Numbered from the stretch's first letter, positions 1-9,756 are shown. The stretch is DNA of 16,240 nucleotides from Octopus sinensis (GCF_006345805.1 NW_021825237.1:1-16240); one strand, 5' to 3'. The notes: generated by a model from the letters alone, not told the origin. Made by a program: numbers and translations.

Positions 1-195
1 TTTTATGTAAATAATTTTTGGTGTTAACATGGTCCGATTTGAATTTTTTCTTCTACGGAAGGAAGAGCAAGCCTTCTTCTATCATACTCTTCATTTTGGT
101 CAACTTGCGCCGCAGGGTCTCGGAGAGGAGATAGTGTTAGTTGAAGGCTACCAAACCTGCCACACACAGACAACTTCAGCTTTATATAGAGGGAG
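1..195 (+). mobile_element. Possible 3' part of a non-autonomous Helitron-like interspersed repeat
   Basis: Ends ...ggtctcggagaggagatagtgttag...cacacacagacaacttcagctttatatag, resembling the layout of non-autonomous Helitron-derived repeats (short CA/ACAG run before an AT-rich end). This is recalled resemblance only; no diagnostic hairpin was verified. Confidence 0.25.
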
Positions 196-272
196 ATAAA
201 TACTTGGCTTCGCCAAAAGAAACTGCGTGAAAAACCGTTACTGAAAAATCATTCTTCTTGTTGAGTGATAAA

Positions 273-599
273 AAAAAAGACTCCGCCGGTTACGACGACG
301 AGGGTCCCAGCTGATACGATCAACGGAACAGCTTGCTCGTGAAATTAACGTGCAAATGGCTGAGCATTCCACAGACACGTGTACCCTTAACGTAGTTCTC
401 GGGGATAATCAGCGTGACACAGAGAGTGATAAGGCTGACCCTTTGAAATACAAGTACAACTCATTTTTGCCAGCTGAGTGGACTGGAGCAACGTGAAATA
501 AAGTGTCTTGCTCAAGGACACAACGCGTCGCCGGGAATCGAACTCACAACCTTACGATCATGAGCCGAATGCCCTAACCACTAAGCTACGCGCCCTCAC
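273..599 (-). mobile_element. Full-length tRNA-derived SINE, family 2, with 14-bp TSD
   Basis: Minus-strand head GTGAGGGCGCG-TAGCTTAGTGG (A box, 578-588) and GTTCGATTCC (B box, 534-543), followed by TGTCCTTGAGCAAGACACTT. T-rich tail. Direct repeat TGTTGAGTGATAAA at 259-272 and 600-613. A second copy lies at 11961-12289. Confidence 0.9.
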
Positions 600-1048
600 T
601 GTTGAGTGATAAATTTAATCAATAGTCCTAATTAACACGACATTTGATCAGTAGATCGATAAGAATAAAAGTATCAGACCTGCACGGCTGATTTGGTGAA
701 ACTTTTAGAGCGTGGAGAGATACTTTTGGTGGCTCTTTACGTTCGTAACTAAAATTCCATATTCTTCTTATGACAGGAAACAGGGTTCTTGAGGACTAGG
801 CTAACGGTGACAGGTTGTCCAATGCCAGATGGAATATTGCGTTGTTGGTTGGTGTAACTGCTTGGTATCAGTAAAATAAATAAATAAATGAATAAATAAA
901 TATATAGATAAATAAAAGTACACAAGCCTTGCATTGAAGTGAGGTCAACTTTTGGACGGACGGAGTGAAATCATGATTATAATTTTTGAGAAATCTGTCT
1001 GTGACATAACTCCCCCCATCTCCCCTCCCTTTCGCTCTCAACTTCCGT

Positions 1049-1628
1049 GTGTACGTATGTATATTTGCATGTATGTATGTATGTATGTATGTATGTATGT
1101 ATGTATGTATGTATGTATGTATGTATGAATGTATGTATGTATGTATGTATGTATGTATGTATGTAGGCATGTATGTATGTATGTATGTATGTATGTATGT
1201 ATGTATGTGTGTGTATGTATGTATGTATGTATGTATGTATGTATGTATGTATGTGTGTATGTATGTATGTATGTATGTATGTATGTATGTATGTATGTGT
1301 GTATGTATGTATGTATGTATGTATGTATGTATGTATGTATGTATGCATGTATGTATGTATGTATGTATGTATGTATGTGTGTATGTATGTATGTATGTAT
1401 GTATGGTATGATTGTGTGTATGTGTGTGTATGTGTGTGTATGTGTGTGAGTGTATATGTGTATATGTGTGTGTGCATGTTTGTATAATTATGTTGTGCAT
1501 GTATATATGTATGCATGTACGTGTGTGTATGTATGTATGTGAGTGTATGCATGTATGCACGTTTGTAGAACAACACATACACACACATGCACACAAACTC
1601 ACGCACACACACACAATCACAGACACAT
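1049..1628. repeat. Compound microsatellite: (TATG)n, then mixed (TG)n, then (CA)-rich
   Basis: Near-pure TATG units ~1069-1405, degenerate TG/TA to ~1560, CA-rich 1570-1628. Confidence 0.97.
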
Positions 1629-2548
1629 TTCTCAACACAGTCGTTAAAAACATAATCTACCACTTTCTAAGATATAAATTTAATCTTTTAAAAGGATTAT
1701 GTTTATTATGAAATAGAAAAATGATGAATCTCCATTCTTTAAATTTCTCTTATGAAAACTTGCAAGTAGATATTTATTTATTCATCACTGTCGTTTTACA
1801 AATTATCTCGATCTCTCACACAAATAATCTAGACAACCCACAGGCTTTGTCATTTCAGTTTTCGCCATCCAATCATTTCTGTAAATAGCTGAATGATTAT
1901 TTTCTTACAACCATTTTTAAAATTAATTTTATTATTGAACAGTTTACCATGAATGGAGAACGAAAAATTTCACGAACTTAAAGCAAACAACACAGCGGCA
2001 CGGAAAATTTTGTCAGTGAAGAGGTCGCGATTTCAAAGCGACGAAAATATTTTGACAAATTAAATTTTAATGTTGAAGTGAATCTAACGGTTTTTTGTGT
2101 GTTTCTTAAATGGTTTATAAACACCTTCCAAGCTGCAATTGTTTATTAAAGATAAAGATAGAAGGAGTGAACGAGAAAACTATTGAAAGAATGACTATAA
2201 AGATTGGAAAGAAAATAATGAGAGACGGAGAATGTAAAAAGCAAAATGAATGAGGAAAGAAATAAAATGAATGAAATGAATAAAGGAAAAGTGAAAGAGA
2301 AAGTAAGAAACGCAAAAAAGAAAGAAATATTAAATAATCGAAGAAAGAAATAAAGAGATGGAGTAATAATGGTAAATGAAAGTAAGAATGACTGAAATAA
2401 ATAAGTAAATAAATAAATAAATTATTATGCAGATAAGAGAAAATAAACAAAGAAAAAAAACATTTAGAAAGAATGTTATAATGGCTTTTGCAGAGTCTGA
2501 AAATATTTGAATGACGAATTACTGGTGGTCTGTTATACCGATTTCAAA

Positions 2549-2767
2549 TTTTGGCACAAGGCCAGCGATTTCATGGAGGGAATTAAATCGATTATATAGA
2601 TCCCAGTGCTTCACTGGTACTTATTTTATCGACCCAGAAATGATAAATGGTAGGAAAAAAAAACAATAATCAACTTGAGAGGAATTTGAACTCAGAACGT
2701 AATGACTTAGACGAAATGCTGCTAAGCATTTTGCCCGGCGCGGTAACGACTCTGCCAGCTCACCACC
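2549..2767 (-). mobile_element. tRNA-derived SINE, family 1 (diverged subfamily)
   Basis: Reverse complement aligns to 3400-4083 and 9534-9739: head GGTGGTGAGCTGGCAGA, B-box-like TGAGTTCAAATTCC, central GTCGATAAAATAAGTACCAG module. Confidence 0.85.
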
Positions 2768-3399
2768 TGTTGGGGGGGGGGGTCTATCTTATTCAACTGA
2801 CTAAAATCGTTATAGCTGGCTTGATGAACACTAATTAGTCTTTCTTAGCCTTGTGGTTAAGGAGTTCGGTTTGCAATCATAAGGTTATTGGTTCCAAACC
2901 ACTACACACCTTCTTGTCTGACTTGCTTTTTTTTTTTTTTCAAAGATATTTTTCGTTCTCTTTCTTTTATATACATTAACGATATGAAATTTAATTCTGT
3001 AATGTTACCAACGACGTAGAAAATAGGCTGCAAGCAAATACGTTTATATCAATATATGTCATTTTCCTAAATAGCAAATCTGAATGTGTTCATTTCATGT
3101 GGACACATACTGTTTTTTTCTTCTTTTTTCTAATATTTTATTCCATTCATTTGGTAAGTCCAGATAAAGAAGCAACACCTATGGTCTTTGCAGGCGGGCT
3201 CTCGGAGATAGATGAAATTGATGCAGCTAACTGATTCTCCTCTTGAACTTTTGTTAGTCAACATCTGCGAAAAAGACATGAATAAGGGGAAGGGGAATAC
3301 CAGACGAACAACGCTTTGGGGAAGAAGTGAGTATGGTGACTTGAGTGGAGTGCGGACACAAAGAGAAGGATGAGAAGACAAGAGACTAGTTGGATCTAA

Positions 3400-3866
3400 G
3401 GCGGCGAGCTGGCAGAAACGTTAGCACGCCGGGCGAAATGAGTAGCCGTATTTCGTCTGCCGCTATGTTCTGAGTTCAAATTCCGGCGAGGTCGACTTTG
3501 CCTTACATCCTTTCGAGGTCGATAAATTAAATACCTATTTCTTTACAAGGGGCTAAACACGGAGGGGACAAACAAGGACAAACGGATTAAGTCGATTATA
3601 TCGACCCCAGTGCGTAACTGGTACTTATTTAATCGACCCCGAAAGGATGAAAGGCAAAGTCGAGCTCGGCGGAATTTAAACACAGAGCGTAACGGCAGAC
3701 GAAATACGGCTACGTATTTCGCCGGGCGTGCTAACGTTTCTGCCGGCTCGCCGATAAATTAAATACCAGTTACGCACTAGGGTCGATGTAATCGACTTAA
3801 TCCCTTTGTTTATCCTTGTTTGTCCCCTCTACGTTTAACCCCTTGTGGGCAATAAAGAAATAAGAA
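3400..3866 (+). mobile_element. SINE family 1, copy A (interrupted by copy B)
   Basis: Head GGCGGCGAGCTGGCAGAAACG and B-box-like GAGTTCAAATTCC. 5' half 3400-3535, 3' half 3753-3866, ending CCCCTTGTGGGCAATAAAGAAATAAGAA. Confidence 0.93.
3536..3752 (-). mobile_element. SINE family 1, copy B, nested antisense inside copy A
   Basis: Near full-length reverse-complement copy flanked by the 15-bp duplication GATAAATTAAATACC at 3521-3535 and 3753-3767. Confidence 0.93.
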
Positions 3867-4083
3867 ACGTTAGCACGCCGGGCGAAATGTATAGCAGTAT
3901 TTCGTCTGCCGTTACGTTCTGAGTTCAAATTCCACCGAGGTCGACTTTGCCTTTCATCCTTTCGGGGTCGATGAATTAAGTACCAGTTACGCACTGGGGT
4001 CGATATAATCGACTTAATCCGTTTGTCTGTCCTTGTTTGTCCCCTCTGTGTGTAGCCGCTTGTGAGCAGTAAAGAAATAAGAA
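3867..4083 (+). mobile_element. SINE family 1, copy C, head-truncated tandem copy
   Basis: Starts directly after the tail of copy A (ACGTTAGCACGCCGGGCGAAATG) and ends AAAGAAATAAGAA. Confidence 0.92.
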
Positions 4084-4360
4084 CCTTGTTGGATAGAAAT
4101 TCCTGAGTGGAAGTGGTATTAGTTTAACTAACTCCGAGGAGCAACGGTCCCTGACATCCCCTGCAGTTGATAAAAGAACTACCGAGGAATCTACAGTTTA
4201 GTATATTCAGTAGACATGCCTTCCTACCATACACATTTATGACTTTCTGACATCGTGACCTTTTGACATTGTGTTGTTGTAACCTTGTGTTAATGTGATT
4301 AATCGATATAGTTGCTCTTGTTGTTAAGAGAATCGGAATATTTACCTTGTACTTTTTTAG

Positions 4361-5033
4361 TTATCACTTTGATATTCAATGCCTTCCCATTGGTTGGCTT
4401 TGCTTTCTCTCTTTCTGTACCTCTTCCTTACACTCCATCCTATCACGACGATACAATAAATAACAATAGTCCATACTGTCTAAAGATTAAACTCTTGTGG
4501 ACTTCCGTCTGTCCTTGTATGAAATGATCCCACGACGACGACCACCACCACTACCAACAACAACAACAACAACAACAACAGCCGTTCAAGAATTCGGACC
4601 TAGAGATCTCCATTTCCAGTGACTTCGAAGGCCACCTCCCAGTGGTGTCGGGCGTCAACGAAGAGCCCTCGACTACAACAAGACGACCAAAGTTTTTTTT
4701 TTCCAAGGTCTGGGGTCTCCCGCGCCTAAGCTTTAGACCATCACCTAATCATATCCTTACCCGTATTGTTGCTTAACAACAACAAAAACAACAACAACAA
4801 CAACAACAACAACAAGAAGCAACAACACCACTACTGCCACACAGCTACTGCTGCCCCCCAACCCCACAGAATCCCCGACCGCCCCCGAACCATCACTACC
4901 ACCACCACTATCACTACCACCACCACCACCACCACCACCATTACTACTATTACTGTCTTGGAATTAAACAACAACGTCAGCAACAACCTTTCTGTTCCGA
5001 ATTAAAAAATGTCAGCCTTATCTGGCCTCATCT
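4361..5033 (+). other. Candidate host exon (UTR, lncRNA or Q/H-rich disrupted coding sequence)
   Basis: Acceptor-like TTTACCTTGTACTTTTTTAG| at 4360/4361 and donor-like CT|GTAAGT at 5033/5034. GC-richer and not a recognised repeat. One frame has only two internal stops (TGA 4525, TAA 4774). No recognisable protein family. Confidence 0.25.
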
Positions 5034-5477
5034 GTAAGTTCTGAGTTGGGATTGCCAATCTCTTCGCGAACAATAGTTTGATCAAACGAAGCCTAATTCT
5101 CCTGGAATTTCTGTAGAAAAGTTAAAGTATTCGTTGCGGAATATGGTCAATAATGCGAATAAAGTATAATTTCTTTCACACCAAGATGAGATACACATGT
5201 TCTTTAAGTTCAAAACTAAAAGATTCACTCGTGACTTGATGCAAATATAAGTTAAATTCCAATAAATATGTCAGTTTTCTAATTAAAAAGAAAGAAAGAA
5301 AGAAAAACGATTTCGCAAAAGAAGCAAAAAAAAATGTCTATTCTGATTTAAAAAACAAAAAAAACTATACACGACTTTGCTCTCATGTTAAGGTACCGGA
5401 CGAAACATTGGATATAAAGTATTAAAATGTTTAGCAAAAGTTAGCAGCTAAATTGTTATGGTTCTTATAATGATCGT

Positions 5478-5481
5478 GTTG

Positions 5482-5513
<32 letters not shown>

Positions 5514-5526
5514 GGCGGCGATGATG

Positions 5527-5592
<66 letters not shown>

Positions 5593-5605
5593 GTGATGAT
5601 GATGG

Positions 5606-5649
<44 letters not shown>

Positions 5650-5669
5650 CTGTTGCTGCTGCTGATGAT
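5478..5669. repeat. Compound trinucleotide microsatellite (GTT)n-(GGT)n-(ATG)n-(CTG)n
   Basis: Read directly; (ATG)n spans ~5521-5648. Confidence 0.96.
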
Positions 5670-5804
5670 TTGTTTGTGTTGTTTTTTGAACTAATCTGTC
5701 TCAGCCGTGTAAACCTATGATTAAATGCATCTCAGCGATAATCTTCTTTTGAATAACGCGCACTAAGGTCTACATTATGCAAAGTGTCAGCCCGTTTTTT
5801 TAAA

Positions 5805-5807
<3 letters not shown>

Positions 5808-5870
<63 letters not shown>

Positions 5871-5895
5871 TGTTGTTGTTGTTGTTGTTGTTGTT

Positions 5896-5932
<37 letters not shown>

Positions 5933-5964
5933 GTTGTTGTTGTGTTGTTTTTGTGTTGTTGTTG
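5808..5964. repeat. (TTA)n followed by (TTG)n microsatellite
   Basis: Read directly; the unit switches at ~5870. Confidence 0.96.
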
Positions 5965-6371
5965 AGTGAGAGAGCAGTGCATGCCATCAAGTGTCACTGG
6001 GGTAAAATATACAAAGCCCAGTATACTCATCATGACTACCCGTCTGATAAGGGTACACTAGGCACATGCATCACAACCATATGTGACCTCATATCAAGAT
6101 AAACAGCGTATGACCTTGCAGGTGGGGCCCAGTTAGAATTTTCTTCCAGTCGAGTAGTCGATTCCACTCAAAAGGTCCCTGAATTAAGATTGTTTAAGAA
6201 TATTGAACAAATTATTCAAACCCCAAAGAATCCCTCTCAACACATGGCTATGATGCATCCTCCACTACTTTTGCTCGTGATCAGAGATGCACATATCGTC
6301 AGCCACTAAGGGACATGCTCAACTGGTTAAGGTCAAACAACTGACAAGCAAATTTGTGGTATTGAGCAGAA

Positions 6372-6372
<1 letters not shown>
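5965..6372 (-). mobile_element. Unclassified interspersed repeat, probably a retroposon 3' segment with a (CAA)/(TAA) tail
   Basis: Complex sequence bounded exactly by triplet arrays on both sides. The minus strand ends CTCTCTCACTC-(AAC)n-(AAT)n. Recalled as an abundant octopus repeat; no coding motif seen. Confidence 0.4.

Positions 6373-6456
<84 letters not shown>
6373..6456. repeat. (ATT)n microsatellite
   Basis: Pure ATT run. Confidence 0.97.
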
Positions 6457-6761
6457 TTTACGTCGATATCAGAGAGATTTAGGTTGTTATGTCTAGCATA
6501 ACGATTCACTACATAGTGAGTTCCTCATTGGCTGCTCTAAATTATTATTGCTTCTATTGGTAAACACAGAAAACTGTAGTAACAGCTTCTAAGCCATACG
6601 CCTATCTATAAAAAAATAGATATCATGTGAAGAAGATCCAGACCATCTGTGAAAAGGCCGTTTTTCAATGGGGTTGAATACGATAAGCGTTTTTGTTAAC
6701 TTGAAATAATGATTTGAAATCCTACTGACGGTAGCGGAAGGTAACTGAAAGTAATTTCAGA

Positions 6762-6776
6762 GTGTGTGTGTATGTA

Positions 6777-6818
<42 letters not shown>

Positions 6819-6831
6819 CGTGCGTGCGTGG
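6762..6831. repeat. (TG)n/(TGCG)n microsatellite
   Basis: Read directly. Confidence 0.95.
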
Positions 6832-6859
6832 TAGTGCGTGTCATGCTTATTAAGGACAG

Positions 6860-7250
6860 TCGATTGGTCGAGGCGTTCGCCGAAGTCATCTTTGCTTTCA
6901 TACGTCCAAGATCGATCGATGAAATCGAGTGGGACTCAAGTATTGGTGTCAGTTGTTAAGGCAAGCCCCCTTCTCTCAAACGTTATTGGACTCCTGACAA
7001 AATATGAAACAAAGGTGTCGTTTGCTACGGTATTGAAAGTCGTGAGTTCAAATCCCGTCAAGGTCCCATCAAATTTCTGACCTTGTGTCAATGTTAGAAA
7101 AAAATAAATAAATATATATTATACAGCAAAGAACGTTAGAATGTCGCATAAAAATCTGCATTCTGAATTCTATTTCTGCGAAGCTATAATTTTGTCTTTC
7201 ATCGATTTGGGATCGATAAATAAAGTGGTAGGGAACTAATGGGACTGATT
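6860..7250 (+). mobile_element. Two or three highly diverged SINE family 1 fragments
   Basis: Residual motifs: CTTTGCTTTCATACG..GATCGAT, GTGAGTTCAAATCCCGTCAAGGTC, CTGACCTTGTGTCAA and GTCTTTCATC..GGGATCGATAAATAAAGT. Boundaries approximate. Confidence 0.45.
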
Positions 7251-7428
7251 CTTCTCTCTGTTCACCCCACTTCTGTCACGCTCTCTCTCTCTCTCTTTCT
7301 CCTTCTTCCTCTGTATATATATATATATCCGCTCTTCTCTCTCTGAAATCAGCAACGTCGAGAAGAGTTACATCATATAACGTCTCTTTCTTCGGAGATA
7401 GACAAGGGTCAAATGGGTAACTAGCAAC

Positions 7429-7430
<2 letters not shown>

Positions 7431-7511
<81 letters not shown>

Positions 7512-7559
7512 TATAATAATAATAATAATAATGATGATGATAATAATAATAATAATAAT
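7431..7559. repeat. (AAT)n microsatellite; tail of the adjacent LINE
   Basis: Abuts the LINE 3' end at 7560. Confidence 0.95.
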
Positions 7560-7915
7560 CGTTTCTTTATTGGCCACAAGGGCCAAACACAAAAAAATAG
7601 GGAAAAACACACAAACGGGAACACGTGGGATTTAACACAAAAATGGAGTAAACAATAAAATAACAATAACAACAACACAATTAAAAAATAAAATTCCCCA
7701 AAGGAAGGGGGGAGTTCCTCATAAGGACACCCGTGGAACCCCACACATTCTGGTTATCCCGACCGCCAGAAGCACCTCAGCAGGCGTTTCTCTCCTTCTC
7801 AACTCACCCGGTTTACAAACGAATAGGCCACCCTCTCCACATGCACCCACCTTTCAACGAATCTACTGGGGTGCGGAGCTTCCTTCTCTACTTTCACTTT
7901 CCTTTTCAAGTGAAA
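7560..7915 (-). mobile_element. 3' end of a non-LTR retrotransposon, probably Tx1/L1 clade
   Basis: Minus frame 7915-7799 reads FHLKRKVKVEKEAPHPSRFVERWVHVERVAYSFVNRVS*, resembling the F..RW C-terminus of Tx1-like ORF2. It is followed by a T-rich UTR, AATAAA and an (ATT)n tail. Clade assignment is from recall. Confidence 0.55.
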
Positions 7916-7928
7916 CTTGTGGAAATTG

Positions 7929-8082
7929 TGAGTTCAAATTTCGCCGAGCTCGACTTTGCCTTTCATCTTTTCGGGAGTCGATAAAGTAAGTACCAGTGAA
8001 ACACTGAGGTCGATGTAATCGACTAGTCTCCCCCTCGAAAATTTCAAGCCTTTTGCCTATAGTGGAAAGGGCTATTATTATT
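7929..8082 (+). mobile_element. 5'-truncated SINE, family 1
   Basis: TGAGTTCAAATTTCGCCGAGCTCGACTTTGCC...GTCGATAAAGTAAGTACCAG...GTCGATGTAATCGAC, then a short TATTATTATT tail. Confidence 0.85.
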
Positions 8083-8239
8083 TTGTTGATGTGTTTGGGG
8101 AGAGTCATCCTGTTATAATGTCTTATTAATCAACAAACTCATTGCTTCTTCCAGCCTCTTCAACAGTCGTTGAATCTGTTCATTGCCGAAGATGCGATCT
8201 TTTTATTTGTTTGTGCGCATGCGTGTGCGTCAGTGTGCA

Positions 8240-8336
8240 TGTGTATGTATGTATGTATGTATGTATGTATGTATGTGTGTATGTATGTATGTATGTATGT
8301 ATGTATGTATTATTATTATTATTATTATTATTATCA

Positions 8337-8373
<37 letters not shown>

Positions 8374-8416
8374 GTTCATTATTATTATTATCATTATTAT
8401 TATTATTATTATTATT
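8240..8416. repeat. (TATG)n followed by (ATT)n microsatellite
   Basis: Read directly; the ATT part abuts the LINE 3' end at 8417. Confidence 0.96.
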
Positions 8417-8947
8417 CTATGTTTGACTTTTGCTTTATATTTGTACAAGTGGCTCCAAGTCTCACCCAGAGACCTCAAGAGACAACAGGGTTGGAAGTTC
8501 ATGTTGTTGTTATGCCTAGTGTGCCATATATTTGGGGGGTGGGGATGTTTGTACTAATGAATGTCTAAAAAAAAAAAAAAAAAAAAGGTTTTTTTTTTTT
8601 TAAACCGAAAATTATGTTTGTTTAACCTTGAGATTACATAGAGAGTATTTTGCGTAGGATATGAGCAGTTCCCATGAGCACATCTTTTGAACTTCTGCCA
8701 TTTGGGGTTTCCTGGTATCTGAGTTAGGTAGCTATCAGCCCCTTTGCTATCATCCCAGGGCACCTATGACAACAGGTATTGTTTTAGTCTTCAGCTTCCA
8801 CATTTTGCTGATTTCTATTTCAAGATCTTTATATTTGCTCAGTTTTTGGTAGGTCTTGACAGATACGTTATATCGATTGGGACAGTCATATCAATGAGAG
8901 GCATGTTCTTTGTTTGAAGTTTTTCAATATGATGTCTGGCCTATTTG

Positions 8948-8949
<2 letters not shown>
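8417..8949 (-). mobile_element. R4/Dong-clade non-LTR retrotransposon 3' fragment 1 (restriction-like endonuclease C-terminus plus 3' UTR), frameshifted
   Basis: Joining frames gives ANRPDIILKNFKQRTC/LIDMTVPID/VSVKTYQKLSKYKDLEIEISKMWKLKTKTIPVVIGALG/MIAKGADSYLTQIPGNP/...MGTAHILRKILSM* (stop 8634-8636). The RPD, K..KY..L, PVVIGALG and GTAHILR motifs are typical of R4/Dong RLE domains. (TAA)n lies on both sides. Confidence 0.88.
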
Positions 8950-8990
<41 letters not shown>

Positions 8991-8992
8991 TA

Positions 8993-9379
8993 TTGCATTT
9001 GCACAGCTTCTAACGCTGGAGATGTACTGCGGTGCCAGCTGTTCACTACCAGAGAAATACGTTAACGCCCTTATTTTTCGAGCACCAACCGAAGTATTCG
9101 AGTTTCAAGCAGTGCTGTTTTCTGCAAGTGCTCCACCTTTATTGCAGCCCCTATTTGTTCCATGTACTTCTCAAGATTTTTACTTAATGTTCCGATAATT
9201 ATCGGTGCTACTTCGACAATTATTGGTGCTACTACTACCTTTTTCATCGACTACAACTGCTTAACCTACCAAGCTAACTGTCATACCTATCGACTTTTCT
9301 TTCTTCCTTATCGCCAACTGGGCATGCTATATCCATGATCCAGTATCGTTTGCTTTCTTTCTCAATTAACACTATATTC
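8993..9379 (-). mobile_element. R4/Dong-clade non-LTR retrotransposon 3' fragment 2 (different subfamily)
   Basis: Joining frames gives IVLIEKESKRYWIMDIACPVGDKEERKVDRYD/AW*VKQL*SMKKVVVAPIIVEVAPIIIGTLSKNLEKYMEQIGAAIKVEHLQKTALLETRILRLVLEK* (stop 9071-9073). It has a short 3' UTR unlike that of fragment 1, then a (TAA)n tail. Confidence 0.85.
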
Positions 9380-9405
9380 TATTATTATTATCAATTTTAT
9401 TATTA

Positions 9406-9454
<49 letters not shown>

Positions 9455-9492
9455 GTTATTGCTATTGTTATTGTTATTATTATTATTATATA

Positions 9493-9533
<41 letters not shown>
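9380..9533. repeat. (ATT)n microsatellite with GTT variants
   Basis: Read directly; lies between R4/Dong fragment 2 and a SINE. Confidence 0.95.
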
Positions 9534-9756
9534 GGCGACGAACTGGCAGAATCGTTAGCGCGCTGGACGAAATGCTTAGCCGTATTTCACCCATCGCTGA
9601 GTTCAAGTCCCGCCGAGGTCGACTTTGCCTTTTATCCTTTCGGGGTTGATAAATTAAGTACCAGTTACGTACTGGAGTCGATGTAATTGGACTTAATCCC
9701 TTCTCCCAAATTTGAGGCCATGTGCTTCCTGTAGAAAGGATTATTATTATTATTAT
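9534..9756 (+). mobile_element. Full-length SINE, family 1, with (ATT)n tail
   Basis: Head GGCGACGAACTGGCAGAATCG, GAGTTCAAGTCCC, central AAGTACCAG module, tail GTAGAAAGG-ATTATTATT. Confidence 0.9.

Noticed and set aside
520-599. tRNA gene-like sequence (also ~12210-12289 and 12443-12510)
   Set aside because: These are SINE heads. A and B boxes are present, but there is no complete acceptor stem, and each continues into a repeat body.
868-1711. Long ORFs up to 261 aa (HTYI / MYVC repeats)
   Set aside because: They are translations of (TATG)n/(TG)n, which lack stop codons in most frames.
2115-2450. 111-aa hydrophobic ORF
   Set aside because: It is the antisense of a GA/A-rich low-complexity tract and starts at a non-ATG codon; there is no family motif.
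3194-3327. Apparent exon with TTTGCAG| acceptor and |GTGAGT donor
   Set aside because: All three frames contain stops. The region weakly resembles a decayed RTE 3' end, too degraded to call.
5458-5694. Poly-Met ORF, or antisense poly-His/Gln ORF
   Set aside because: It is a compound triplet microsatellite with no supporting unique coding sequence.
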